Source: Camelus ferus
Taxonomy: Eukaryota
NCBI RefSeq assembly: GCF_009834535.1
Contig: NC_045696.1
Span: forward strand, 11,410,001-11,474,000
Direction: 5' to 3'
DNA length: 64,000 nt
The number at the start of each line of letters is the position of its first letter. Within the stretch, counting starts at the first letter, position 1. Positions 1 through 12,692 of the stretch are shown piece after piece. The notes beneath the pieces are model-generated. The model had not been told where the DNA came from, ran no database searches, and saw only the letters and a list, made by a program, of their open reading frames with translations. A program made the position numbers and the translations under genes.

Positions 1-15
1 TGTCTACAAAACTTT

Positions 16-180
16 TCCATCCATTCAACCACTTACCCATCTGTTCATCTCTCCATCCATCCACCCATCCATTTATCTCTCCGTCCATCCATCCATCTGT
101 CTATCCATTCTTCCATCCATCTTTTTATCTATCCATCCATCTGTCCATCCAACCACTCATCCATCCACCCATCCATTTAT
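16..180 (+). repeat. Degenerate (CCAT)n simple repeat
   Basis: Repeated ccat/tcat units. Confidence 0.9.
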
Positions 181-470
181 TCACTGTTCCTTACTCTGTG
201 CAAAGAATTCTGCTAGACCTTAGGATTTACAAAAGAATAAGACCTAGTTCCTGCCCTTAGAGGAGCTTGGATTCTAGTGGTGGGGTCATGTTGTAAACTT
301 AAAACTACAAACTCCATGTGTTCAATGAGGGAAATAGCCAAAAATCTGATTCAGCTGGAGAGGGCATCTTGGAGGGAGTGACATTTAGTTAAGTAGGGAT
401 TTGTTAAGCAGAAAATGGGGGAGAAGGAGGGCATTCCAGATAGAGAAGCAAAGATGAGCAACAGCATTGG
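180..470 (-). mobile_element. L2 LINE 3' fragment
   Basis: L2-like motifs (tactctgtgc..., agttcctgccctt...ggagctt..attctagtgg, gggcattccag). Confidence 0.5.
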
Positions 471-2227
471 GGTAGGTTGGGCAGTTAATGATCATAATCC
501 TTGGGTTAATCTGGAGTCCAAATCATGTTTGCAAGGTGTGTTCCCAACTTTTGTCACAATCAATTCTCCAGCAACCTTATGAGGTAGGGAGGGTGATGCC
601 AGGAAAGGAAATGTGGCATTTGCTCAGAGGCACAAATGACACCAAACAGTTCACGTCTTTTGAGCCCTCACTCTGTGGCGGATAGAGCCATCCTTGCAGG
701 CACCACTCCTACTTTCTGGATGAGAAAATAGAGACTTAGAGAGTTAATGAACTCACCCAGGGTCACACACCAGCAGGTGACAAAGATCAGCACCAGTCTT
801 CGAGCCCAGCCCAGAATAGATACACCCCAGTTCTTTTCGGTTGATTGGAGAGGACGAGCTTGGATGATGAAGTTGGCAGCGGTCCCAACACTGGAGTTTA
901 AACCTTGAGTTTCAGCTTCCTCTTTGAGTAAAGATTTCCTATGAGTCGCTCTCAGATGAGTAGACAGGCTGTCCTGAGGAGATGCTATGAGCAACAAAAC
1001 AGGCAAAGCAACCCCCGGCCCAGGAGAGATGTCGCAGCTGCCGAACGCACCTACTCCCGTAACAGCCTCACGTTCTTTGTTCCCCCGCGCTCGCTCCCAT
1101 TCCCTTCTCTCTCCAGATGGATTTTATAAACAAGATAAAATCGAGACTTAAAAGCTAAACAGACTCCACGAGGTCTCTTTCACTGGCCAGGGCAGCCCAG
1201 CACTATTTTTCCAGATGTTTTTTGGGGCCCATGTCTAGGAGGGGCCAGAGGTAAGGAGGGCGGGGAGGAAGCTAGGGCTGGAAGAGCAAGGGGGGGCTCA
1301 GGACCAGGTGAGGGCAGGGAGATCTGCATCCCCTGAACCAGCACTGTGCCTCCTTATCTTCATGTTTTATGACCAGAACCACCCCCACTTTCCTCCTCCC
1401 TCTGCCCCAGTAACCCACCCAGCATCCTGACCGCTCTCTTCCCAGTAAGGGGAGGCAGTAGGTCAGCCCCATACATCACCCTCAAATGCAGGCCCACAAC
1501 GTTCCCATCATCTGCTGGGAACACGTACCCCGAGGCTGGGCAGGGATGGGCCAACCCCTGGGCTGCAGAAGGGACCAGGCTACCCTGTGTGCACTGGAGG
1601 AGGCTGGGCAAGGGATGGAGGCCCCAGGCGGCAGTGGTTGTGGGGCCAGGGCCTGCTGTGAGTCCCAGTTTCCTTTCTCTCTTACTAAGTGAGGCTTGCA
1701 GCGTAAAATAGGCTGCAGGTCAGTATCAAACTGTGAAACCACCAGGGCATTAAGACCAAAACCTTCATATTTTACTGTTTAAACTTGGTGGGGGGAAAAG
1801 GCAAAACTGCCATTGGACTGGCAATTTAAGCAAGTTCACTACATGTCGGTATCACGACTGCAGGGCAAGAGAAATGCTGTGACAGGCAACTATAAAAATA
1901 GTTTAAAAAAAAAAAAAAAGGTGAAGAAGAAGAACCAGTGAAAGACCAGGCTGGGATGTGAACGCTAGGCAGTCTGGTCTAAGCGTCTGTAACCTTACCC
2001 GCTGCACCATGGGAGCCATGCGACATGCCTTCCCCAACATTAAGCATTCGGACTTCAACAGGCAAAGCTAGGCAGAGCACTAATCTTGTCAAGAGACCCA
2101 GAGGATAAAAACAACTGGACCCTCCACTTCCAGCTTTGGAACCTGAGGGACAGATAGGGTGGGAAGTCCTGGGAGTGGAGAATGGACTTCAGTCTGGTCT
2201 GGGGGCTGGGGAGTCCATCCTGTAAGC

Positions 2228-2375
2228 TCTGTTTCTCAAAGGGTCACCTGCTGAAGAGTCAATCTGAGGGATTGTTGAAATGCAGGGTTCTGTGCCCAGA
2301 CCCACAGATTCAGAACTTGGGGAGGTGGGGCTCTGGGGATCTGCATTTTTAACAAACTCTCCCTACCCGCCACCT
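2228..2375. mobile_element. MER5A-like hAT MITE
   Basis: tttctcaaa...aaatgcaggg..cccagacc...atctgcatttttaacaaactc. Confidence 0.65.
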
Positions 2376-2596
2376 CCCACACTGGCCTCGGTGAGGCTGC
2401 TGCCCAGGAAAGCTGAAGGAGCAGCACGTTGACTGCTCACCTCCCAGGTCACCATCCGGACTTCACATCTCTCCTCCCAGAGGCCAGGCGCTCTGAGTGT
2501 GGGGTGTGGATAAGCAGGTGGCATCTGACAACACACAGACCTTTCACTTATTAGGGAGCAACTGTATTCACACGGATCACTAGGTTCTTTGGGATG

Positions 2597-3089
2597 TGTA
2601 TCAATCAGGGTTCTCCAGATTCTCTAGAGAAATAGAACCAATGGGAAATACACGCAGATGAATGGATGGATAATAGATGATAGATGGATGGATCAGTAGA
2701 TCACTAAATCCATCCACCTTTCATCTACAGGGTTTATTTTTAAAGATAGGCTCATGCAGTCATCGGGGCTGTTAAGTCCAAAATTTGTAGTTCAGGCCGC
2801 GAGGCTGAATATTCAGGCAGGAATTGATGCTACAGAATTTATTCTTCTCCCAGAAGCATCAGTTCTCTCCTTCTAAGGCTTTTCAACTCATTGCATGAGG
2901 CTCATTCCCTTTACTGAGGGTAATCTCCTTTACTTAAAAGTCAATTTATGTAGAAGCAGTTACATAAGTGGTTACATAAGTTGTAACCACTTCTACAAAA
3001 TACCTTCCCAGAAACACCTAGATTAGTGTTTGATTAAACACTTGGGCACTATCGTCTCGCCAAGTTGACATATGAAACTAACCATCACC
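2597..3089 (-). mobile_element. MLT2 (ERVL) solo LTR
   Basis: tgtatcaatcagggttctccaga...aagttgacatatgaaactaaccatca termini typical of MLT2. Confidence 0.75.
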
Positions 3090-3804
3090 AGATATTTCTT
3101 AATTAACTTACATTTACCCGAGGTAGAATTGGAAGGAAAGAACATTTATTAAACAACACATAGTAATATAACTCTACAATTTATGGCAAAAGCTGACTTC
3201 AAAGAAAAAAACACCCCACATCTACTGCCAGATAGAATCTTTTTAAGCTACCCAGAGGCAGAGGGTCACTTCAGTACCAAGAATCTCAGGTTCAGCAAGC
3301 AATGGCCTTGCGTAATCCCAAGGGATTCTGTCTCATCCTGCCTCCTGGCAGACATGAGCTCTGATCTCAGAATGAGCACTTTAATTAAGATGAATGTTTA
3401 TAAGCACCGAAGAAAAGTAAAATTGTGCCTTAATTACTTTACCTCCAACCAAATAATTTTCCTAGGTACTCTTTCTTTCTTACCAAGAAACTTAAAAGAG
3501 ACAGTGAGAAGGGCTGGAGCAGGGGGACAAGGCTGACGGAGAATTAATATGTTTGCCTAGGTTGAGGTTCTCAACATGGGGCCCGTGGGTTTCCTGCGAA
3601 TCTCTGCTGGCGCATATAAAATGTGCACGTGTGTTTGTGCGTGCCTTTTTGATGTGCAGAGAAGCCATCCTTTCATCAGATTCTCAAAAGGGTGACTCCC
3701 AAATAGATTCATAACCTTCCCACAGCATTTGGGAAGATAATTCCACCTAGTTTAGAGGACAGTGAGGTGGCTGATCAACCAAGAACCACATAATGTGATG
3801 TTTT

Positions 3805-4500
3805 AAAATATACTTGAATTTTTAGAGCAGTTTTAGGTTCACGGCCAAACTGAACAGAAGGTACAGAGATTTCCCGCGTGCGCCCCACCCCCCGTGAATA
3901 TATAGCCTCCTCAGCTGTCAGCATCCCCCACCACTGTGGCACATCTGTTCTAATTGATGAACCGACATCGACAAACGATTATCACTCAAAGTCCAAAGTT
4001 CACATTAGGATTTGTGCTTGGTACTGTACATGCTGTTTGGATAAATGTATGACAGGTGTTCATCATCAGAGCATCACACAGAGTGGTTCCACTGCCCTAA
4101 AACTCCCCTGCTCTGTCTTTTCATCCCTCCCTCCACTCTAACCCCCAGTAACCACTGATCTCTTTACTGTCTCCATAGTTTTGCCTCTTCCAGCATGTCA
4201 CACAGTCGGAACCATGCAGTATGGAGCCTTTTCAGATTGGCTTCTTTCTCTTAGTAATATGCATTTAAGTTTCTTCATGTCTTTTCATGGTTTGATGGCG
4301 CATTTCTTTTTCATGCTGAATAATATTCCATTGTCTGCAGGTACCACAGTTTACTTACTCACTCACCTACTGAAGGACATCTTGGTTGCTTCCAAGTTTT
4401 GGCAATTATGAATTAAGCTGCTATAAATATCCATGTGCACATATTTGTCTGGACCTAAGCTGTCAACTTCTTTGGTTAAAAGGAACACTGTCGCTGGATT
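3805..4500 (-). mobile_element. Old L1 (L1M) 3' fragment
   Basis: cttttcagattggcttctttctcttagtaatatgcattt...gttgcttccaagttttggcaattatgaa L1 3' motifs. Confidence 0.8.
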
Positions 4501-4629
4501 AATATGAATTTTATAGATCCATGAGGTTTTCTTGATGGACTTGAACACTGATCAAACCAGTAGATGGAAAAGCTATTCCTGAGAGTGGAAGGGCTTTTCT
4601 GTCTGAGATAGCAGGCTCGCAAACTGGCA

Positions 4630-4850
4630 GGACGGAGGGCTCTGGAGCTGTGCAGTCCGGGTTCAGGTACCAGCTCTACCACTCACGAGCTGTGTGGCCG
4701 GGGCACATTACTCGCCTCCTCTGTGCCAGTTTCCTCATGTGTAAAACGGGGCTGGCAATAGCAGCACCCACCTCATGGTTCTGGGAGGTCTAAGTGAATT
4801 AACACATGTAAAGTGCGTAGAGCCACTCTTGGCACAGAGTGTGTGTTAGA
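4630..4850 (+). mobile_element. MIR SINE
   Basis: Core cagtttcctcatgtgtaaaacgggg. Confidence 0.7.
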
Positions 4851-5405
4851 TTTGATCAAGCTGGGAGCATCCAGGGTCGGCCCAGGAATTGGCCTTTTTA
4901 ATAAGCTCTCCTGGAGATTCTATTTGCAGGTGCAGTTATCCACTAACCTGCATGTGCCTGTTCACAGCAAATCACCACACCACTCACAATGCACAGGAAT
5001 ACCTGTGAGCCTCTGAGCCTTAATGCCTGTGCAGCTGGCAAACCAGCTGGGCACCGCCCTGGCTCAGAGCAGCCCTCTCTGAGAGGCACCTGTTACAGCT
5101 GCAGACGCCACTTCCACACCCGGGGCTGCGGCGATGGCAGGATGGCAGCTCATGTTTCCTGGCAGCACGGAGGGAACCACAATGATGGGCAGAGCATCCC
5201 GACACAGCCAGTGGTTCCCTCCAGCCCTGCCCCAGGCCACACGAGCACCACCTACACCGCAGCACCCACTTCTCACTTGCTTATGGATCCCTTCCCCAGG
5301 TGCCTTCTCCCACCCTCTGCTCCCCAGCTCCTCTCTCTGGCCCTGGCTTCTCTCTCTTGGGCTTTCCACTGTGGTCGCCCTTCACTGCCAAAGTTAGAGA
5401 GGACC

Positions 5406-5892
5406 TGCAACAGAGGGGGACAAGTCTGACTCCATATTGGATCTCTTTCTTTTACTTTGACCTTTGTATTCTATTGCTTTTGCTACAAGTTAATCATTAA
5501 AGGGATTTTGCCTCTGAGCTTAAATTATACATAAGGGCCCACTCTGGGAACCCTGCCTCCTAGGTAACAAGCATTAAGCTAAAATACCTTAGTTAGCTCC
5601 TAGGAAACAGCCTGACCAGGCCCACTTGTGAATGACCGCAGGACGGAAGAAATTAACACATCCCCTCCTGAGGCTGACCCGAGCCAGGATATATTTGACT
5701 TTACTCCTTCGCCTTATGGTATAAAAGAGGCCTGAATTCTAACTCAGGCAAGATGGCGCTTTGGGACACTAGCCCATCGTTCCTCAATCTGCTGGCTCTC
5801 TGAATAAGGTCTCTATTCCTTTCCCCAACAACTCGTCTCTCGATTTATTGGCTTGTCGTGTGGTGAGCAGCACAATCTTGGATTTGGTAACA
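5406..5892 (+). mobile_element. ERV1 solo LTR, MER41-like
   Basis: TG...CA termini, 4-bp TSD GACC (5402-5405, 5893-5896), TATAAAA 5720-5726, AATAAG 5803-5808; family assignment by recalled similarity to artiodactyl MER41-type LTRs. Confidence 0.85.
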
Positions 5893-6388
5893 GACCGAGG
5901 GGACATTTAGGCTCCAAATTGTCCTAGAGGCTGATGGAGACAGATGACCTGGCCTCCTGGCCTCCAGGAGACAGATGACCAGACAGACGAATTTCTGAAA
6001 AATCCCTGGAGGCCTGCAGGCAGGGGATGCTTCCAGACAAATCAGCCAGACCCAGGCCCAGTCACGAAGGTGATGAACAGAATTGCTGGAAGCGGAGGGC
6101 TAGGTCCACAGGAAGCAGCACCTCGGTCCCTGGGCCAGCAAGAGCAGAGCCCCACGTCTGGGAAGCCTCTGAACCAGGTGGTGACACGGTGGAAAAGGTG
6201 GAGAACTGGGCCCAAGGTGGAGCCCGACCTGAAGGCCGGAGGTGAGCAGAAAGAGGAGGGAGGCCTGTGTTGGAAGTGGATTAACTCAAAGGTGAAGGAA
6301 AGAGGTCATTGTCCATCTGCAGGAACAGCTCTCAGCTTAGCATTGCTCATGAAGACAGGGCCTGCATCCACACATGGACACCATCCGC

Positions 6389-6500
6389 ACGTGGACATCC
6401 ACATGTGACTCCAACCGTGAGGGGGCCGTACAAGAAGACATAAACGTGGACATCCACATGTGACTCCAACCTGGGACGGCTGTACAAGAAGACATAAACG
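6389..6500 (+). repeat. Tandem duplication, 2 x ~55 bp
   Basis: acgtggacatccacatgtgactccaacc...gtacaagaagacataa repeated. Confidence 0.92.
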
Positions 6501-6589
6501 CCCGCGCTAACAGCCACCACTACTAGAGTTCAGCCAGGCATGCTTCCAACACGCGACAATAATGCCGTAAACTGAGCCTTAGTGTTACG

Positions 6590-6725
6590 GGCCCGGGGTG
6601 GAGACTCTGGAGCCAAGAAGCGTGGTTCAAACCCCAGCTCTGCCACTGACTAGCCCTGTGGCTTTAAACTAGTTCTTTCATTTCTCTGGTCTCAGTTTTC
6701 CAGTCTGCAAAATGGGTGTGACAAA
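6590..6725 (+). mobile_element. MIR SINE
   Basis: ggttcaaaccccagctctgccact...ctcagttttccagtctgcaaaatggg. Confidence 0.7.
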
Positions 6726-7429
6726 GGTGGCGAGTGTCCTGGTTGACATCCCACATTGTCCAAATGGTAAAAATAAATATTTAGACAAATAAAATGGCAG
6801 AGTGGCAGCCAGTGAGGGGAGCACAACTAACCACTGGTGTGGCCAAGGGCCTGGCCTCCAGGAGACAGATGACCAGACGGACGAATTTCTGAAAAATCCC
6901 TGGGTAATGGGACACATGTATACACATTTGGAAGAGGGGCCTGGAGGGGGGTCTTCACCTGGATAGTTAGTACAATGTTTCAGCAAAGCTTGTGGGTGCA
7001 CATGTGAATGTCTGAGGGGAGACGATGTCCCCTAGACTCAGGCTGAGAATTTAGCATCAACCAAACTGGTATCAGAGGCCTCCGAGGTGGGGCCAGGGCC
7101 AGAGATGGCCTCGGTCAACCAGCTGTTGGTCCTTGCTGAGGACGGCAGTTCTGGGCACAGGATCTTCAGTACACGATGTACAAATGGTCGCTGGCTGCTG
7201 GGAGCAAAGCCCTCGCAGGACTTACCGGGCAGCTTCCGAGGGTGGCTCAGAGGCTCTCTGTGTCTTTCCTTCCCTTCTTCCCTCCTTCCCCATCCCGCTC
7301 CCCTACCCTCAAGACTGCAGGGTGGGAGAAAGTCATGCATTGAATGTTTGGAAAGGATTAGTCCATAAAGCCAGATCAGATGGTTAGCTTTGGGGAGGGG
7401 GATGGAGGATGAAGTTAGAGCCTTCACTT

Positions 7430-8560
7430 CAACCTAGACTAAAATTAATTCCAGATGGCTTGAAGAATTAAATATAAAACATGGAACCATTTAAAAAAAA
7501 AAACAACTTCAAAGGTGCAGCGGGTTAGAGGATGATCCCACAGATGAATTTCCCAAACATAAAAACAAAAGCAGGAGTCACAAAGAAAGGCTTACTGGCT
7601 ATGAATACATAAAGATACAAAACTTCTCTGCACCAGAAAACCACCCTAAAAAGTTAAAGGGCAAGTCACAAAATATTTGTAACATATACAACAGGGTTAA
7701 TAATTATTAATACTTTTAAAATTCTTACAAAAGAAAATAAGAAAGTGGAAAAAATTACCAAAGTGGGTAAGAAATGCAAATATATATATATATTTCATAG
7801 AAGAAATACTAATGGAGAATATATATACAAAATGGTAAAAAAAAAAAACCTGGAAATCAAATAAATACCATTTAAACCAACAACAAAATAAATTTGACTT
7901 ATCAAAATTACACAAATTTTGAAAATTCTGTCATTCTGAAGATGTGATTTTGATCACATGAGTATATTGCCATAAATTAGTGCAACTTTTTGGGAAAAGC
8001 AACTAGAAGTATGTATAAAAGATTTTAAATACTTGCCTACTCTTAGAAAGGCAATTCTTTCTTTTGGAATCTATTCTAAGGAAACAATAAGAGACATAAG
8101 ACATGGACGAAGACTTACATTTTAAAATATTTCCTGCAGCATTATTTATAACATCGGGAAATTGGAAAAAGCCCAAATGTCCATCAGCTGGATATTCATT
8201 TGAAAAAGGTACATCCGTGTGATGTAGTATCAACTATGACACTCATATGACACTCATAACGCAATGCTAAATGAATAAAATGGCACTCATAACTCAATGC
8301 TAAATGAATACAACTATAACACGTTATATTCAAATATAATCCCAGTTGTGGAGTGTCTCTTTCTTCTCCATCATGTCTTTGTTTCTGGCTCTGTCTCTCT
8401 GTCTCTCTCTGTGTCTCTCCATTTCTGTGTCTCTCTGATACACACACACACATACACACACAAGTACAACAAAATTAACCAAAATATTAATAGAGGTTAT
8501 CTCTGAACGGTGAGTGAATTAGTAATTTTTTGTACTTTCTAAACAAATATGTAATATGTC
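7430..8560 (+). mobile_element. Old L1 fragment (ORF2 end/3'UTR)
   Basis: aaaattaattccagatgg, aaaacttctctgca, gcagcattatttata, aaatgtccatca motifs. Confidence 0.7.
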
Positions 8561-9119
8561 TATGATCAGAAAAACCCCACATGCATATTATAAATTATGC
8601 AGTGAGAGCCCCGTCTCATAACAGAGGGGTGACGGCACAGGCTTTGCTAGCTGGTTGAGTGCACACTTACACAATCATGGCCATGGCCACCCAGATCCCA
8701 GAGCCATGGTTTGGGTATTTTAATAGACCACAGAAAATGATGGCAATATAGGATTCTGGTAAATTCTTCCACTTTTGTGGAAAATTCTCCCCTGAGAGTT
8801 ACCCAACGTGGACTCGCCTCTCTGACTCCTAAAAATGATCAGAGGAAGTGCCTCAGGCTTGGGGAGCAACAGTTTAGAGCAGCCACCAGCACACTCTGGC
8901 CCAAGGGCCAAATACAGCCCACCTCCTATTTTGTACAGCCACAAGCTACGAACTGTTTTTATATTTTTCAATGATTATTTAAGTACCTACATAATATCTT
9001 CGATTTCACCTCTTGGACCACAAAGCCTAAATTATTTACCAGCTGGCTCTTCCCCACTTGGTATTTGACTTATTTGCAGTTGGAGCTTATGTACATGTTA
9101 GTCAAATACTAGCAGCAAT

Positions 9120-9730
9120 TTTCAAAAAGTAGTGCCTTTTTTGAAAACTAACAAGAGTGATATTACCTGTGGTTTGGGAGAACACACACGCAGGGACAGT
9201 TTATTCTCTGGTACTACTGGGGAGGGTGGACATTTTTTATCTCGTTCTTTACTATAATTTGAAATTACATATTGCAAAGCCTTTACTAATGCAAACTTAT
9301 TCAGTTAGCAATTCCACTTTTTGGAATTTATTCTAAGAAATATTATATATGCGCACAAAGATCTTGCTACACAGGTGTTCACTGAAACATTCACCATGGA
9401 ATTGAAAAATTGCAACCAGCCTCAATGTCCAGCAATCAGAAATTTGTTGGATATCCATGGATGTTATATTATGTGGCCCTAATACATACATTGTTGATAG
9501 ACATGAACAGATGTTCATGATATGGTGTAGAGTTAAACAAAATAGATTATGACAATTACACAGTATGAGCCCACTTTTTATTATTATTAGCATGCATATA
9601 AAATTCCCTAGAAGAATATAAACAAAAATGCCAACAGTGGTTATCTCTGTGTGATGGGATTGTGGAAAGTTTTTATTTTCTCCTTTTTTGCTTATCTGGA
9701 CTTCAGGATTTTTATACAAAGAACATACAG
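9120..9730 (+). mobile_element. Old L1 (L1ME-like) 3' fragment
   Basis: agcaattccactttttggaatttattctaag, cagtggttatctctg. Confidence 0.6.
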
Positions 9731-10939
9731 TATTTATGCCTCTGCTCCCTTCCTACCCCTGCACCCTGACAAAGTAGACCAAAAGCTGATAAACATACAG
9801 TCTTGCTGACATGTCTTATGATATCTTACAGAAGTGTCACACAAATAGCATTTGGAATTAATTTTCCTCTTGTTGAAGTGAAGGATCTAATTTTATCCCT
9901 CTCCTCCCCACCCAAGGCTAATCAACTGATCTGGCTCTATTGACTTATCCTTTGCAAATGTTTACTCTGCACGACTTCCTCTCATTTTATATATAATCTT
10001 AATTGTACCAAGAAGCTCCATGCTTCTGTGTCTTTGGCTGCAAAATATTATACCCAAAGTTTAGTGGCTTAAAGAGTCACCATTTTATTATATGCTCAAG
10101 ATGTTACCAATTGGTTAGCGTCTGATGGGGAAGAGCTTGTCTCTGCTCCGAATGGCACTAACTTAGTAGCTGGAGCAGCTAAGGCTGGCAGAACTGTTTC
10201 AGCTGGGATCGTATGTCTGGGGCCTTGGCTATCACTGTGGGGTGTGTCCCCTATTCTCCACTTTATCCTTTAAAGCAGGTCCTGACCAGCCCAGATTCAA
10301 GGGGAGGGAGTCCTGGGATAGGCTGGTTTCACCAAAGAAGCAATCTCCCACACTCAGCATTGACAGGAATATTTCAGCAATTTATCTGGAAATATACTCT
10401 GGTTGATTACTAATATAATTTATATTTCCCTATATAGGAATTCTGAAATTCCACCAATACCTGTGAAAGAATGGTTCCCTATATATATTTTAGTACTGGT
10501 TTGTACTTCTCATTTGACATAGTGTGTATTTGATTGGTTTTTAAACTGACTACTTTTATATATGCCCCTCAACAAGATAACTGTTCTTCAGATACCAACA
10601 TCTACTTGTCATTGCCTTAATAGCAGCTCATAGCATCAATAAATTTGAGCTCAATACTGCTTTGGCTCCAGACTTCTTTGGTGAGATTCAAGTTAGGCTA
10701 AGTTTTTTGGATACAAATTCCCAAAACGCTTCCACCCAGATGAGCGTTTATCAGAGTGTCAGGAAGGACTAAAAGAGGCTAGAGATGTTCAGCTGAAGCC
10801 AGTCTGGTTATAGTGAACAGCAGGAGCGTTGCCCGGTGGGTGGAGAGGAGTGTGAAAACCTGGAAGGTCAGCAGTGAATTATTTTGACCTCCCCATCCCT
10901 CTACCCCCACCCCATCCACCTGCACCATCTCCCCCAGGA

Positions 10940-11990
10940 CCAGAATCTTGCATCAGCTTTCTCTGCTCTCTTCTGTATTTTCAACTTCTCCTTGTCTGCT
11001 GGTTCATTGCCAAAATATTATAAAATTCAGGTCCATCTCAGATTAAGACCGTACCAACAACACACACTGAATGTCCCTCAGGTCCTTGTACCCCACCCAT
11101 AACTACTGCCATAGCTTTCTTCTTTTCTGGTACCTAACCCCCGACAGAAGAGCCTGCACTCACTGTCTGCCCTTCCCCAACTCCAGCCCTTCATCTCCAC
11201 TTTCCCCTGAGAGGTCCAGACAAACTCACCCATGACCACAACTACCAAGTCCCTCGTACACTCTCTTCAACTATGTGGCTGATCTTCTCCACAGCACAGG
11301 ACACTTTGATGCTTCAATCTCTTCTTGGACATTCTTTTCCTCGGCTTAGTTCTTAGAGCATCTTGGGTCTCTTTCCATCTCTCAGGCCAGCCTCCTTCGC
11401 AGACTTCTTTTTCTTTGCCCACACCTTCAATGTTGATGTGCCACCAAAAGGCTATCTTTGACCATCTTTTTCTGCTCTCAAGTTTATTCCACACAGGAGA
11501 GTCTTAATCTTGAGTCCAGGACTTCATTAAGATTCTGGAACCAGAAACCCTATCAAGATTTTTGAGTGTGCTATTTTTCAGGTAGAAAGGCCAGAGCTTT
11601 TAGTAGGCTCCCCAAGAGTGCTGTGACCCATAAAAGAGGAAAACCCATTGTCTGAGGCCATTCCACCTGCTGTCCTGACTTCATCGACCCTCCACAGGCT
11701 GAAGATTTGTGAATCTTCATCTCTGGCCCCTAGAGCTTTCTTAAGCTCCAGTCCTATGTATCTGACCAAATGTCCCACAGTTACTCCCATGTGTCTCATA
11801 GCAAACTCAATATGTCCAAAACCCAATTCATTATCTTCCCCTCTTTCCTTCTTACCAAAGCTCCCAAGCTAGAAAATTATCTCTTTCCCTGTCCCCATAT
11901 TCAGTTGGTGGCCAAGCTCATCAATTCCACTCCTTTTACATCATTTCTAGGCCTGTATCTTTCTGCCATTTCCACCTTAGCGCCTTGGTT
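10940..11990 (+). mobile_element. L2 LINE fragments
   Basis: Pyrimidine-rich; caaactcaatatgtccaaaacc, ctttccatctctcaggcc motifs. Confidence 0.55.
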
Positions 11991-11996
11991 TAAGTC

Positions 11997-12325
11997 AGGA
12001 GTTGATGCAGTTTTTCTATAAGGATCCAAATAGTAAACATTTTAGCTTTGTGGGCCATTTAGTCTCTGTCACCACTGCCCAACTCTGTCACTGCAGCTCA
12101 AAAGCAGTCCCAGATAACAGATAAATAAGTGTGCTGTGTTCCAACAGAGCTACTCATGGACACTAAAGTTGGAATTTTATATAATTTTTACATGTGACAA
12201 TATATTATTCATCTTTTGATTTTTCTCAACCATTTAAAAATGTAAAATCCATTCTTAGCTCTTGGGCCATACAAAAACAGATGGCAAGCCAGATTTGGAC
12301 CATGGGCCGTAGTTTGTTGCCTCCT
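11997..12325. mobile_element. MER58-like hAT MITE
   Basis: tttttctataagga..caaatagtaaacattttagctttgtgggcc...gccagatttggaccatgggccgtagtttg. Confidence 0.8.
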
Positions 12326-12489
12326 CGCTTAGGACGTCGCATCTCTTTCTGGAAACAATCCTTCTTCCTCCAGGATTTCCCCCATCAGTCTGCTTCCCAC
12401 GGGGCTCCTACAGAGATCGTCCAAAGAAGGAAGACGTGAGCACCACTCTCCAGCTTAAAACCCTCCAACAGCCCCCCATTCACATAAGA

Positions 12490-12692
12490 GTAGGGTTTCT
12501 CAACCTTGGCACTATTGGTATTTGGGGCTGGGTAATTCTTTGTTGGGGGATGAGGGGCTGTCCCATGCATTTAGATGTTCAGCAGTAACCCTAGACTCTA
12601 CCCAGGAGACGCCAGTAACATCCCTACCTCCCTGGTGATGACAATCAAAAATGTCCTCAGATACTGCAAGATGACCCTGGTTGAGAACCCGG
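12490..12692. mobile_element. MER20-like hAT MITE
   Basis: agggtttctcaaccttggcactattg...ctggttgagaacc. Confidence 0.8.

Larger units (their letters stand above)
5956..6903 (+). repeat. Dispersed 54-bp direct repeat (5956-6009 and 6850-6903)
   Basis: cctggcctccaggagacagatgaccagac(a/g)gacgaatttctgaaaaatccctgg, one mismatch. Confidence 0.95.

Noticed and set aside
5956..6903. CRISPR-like repeat/spacer appearance
   Set aside because: Only two copies of each repeat, eukaryotic context, no cas genes
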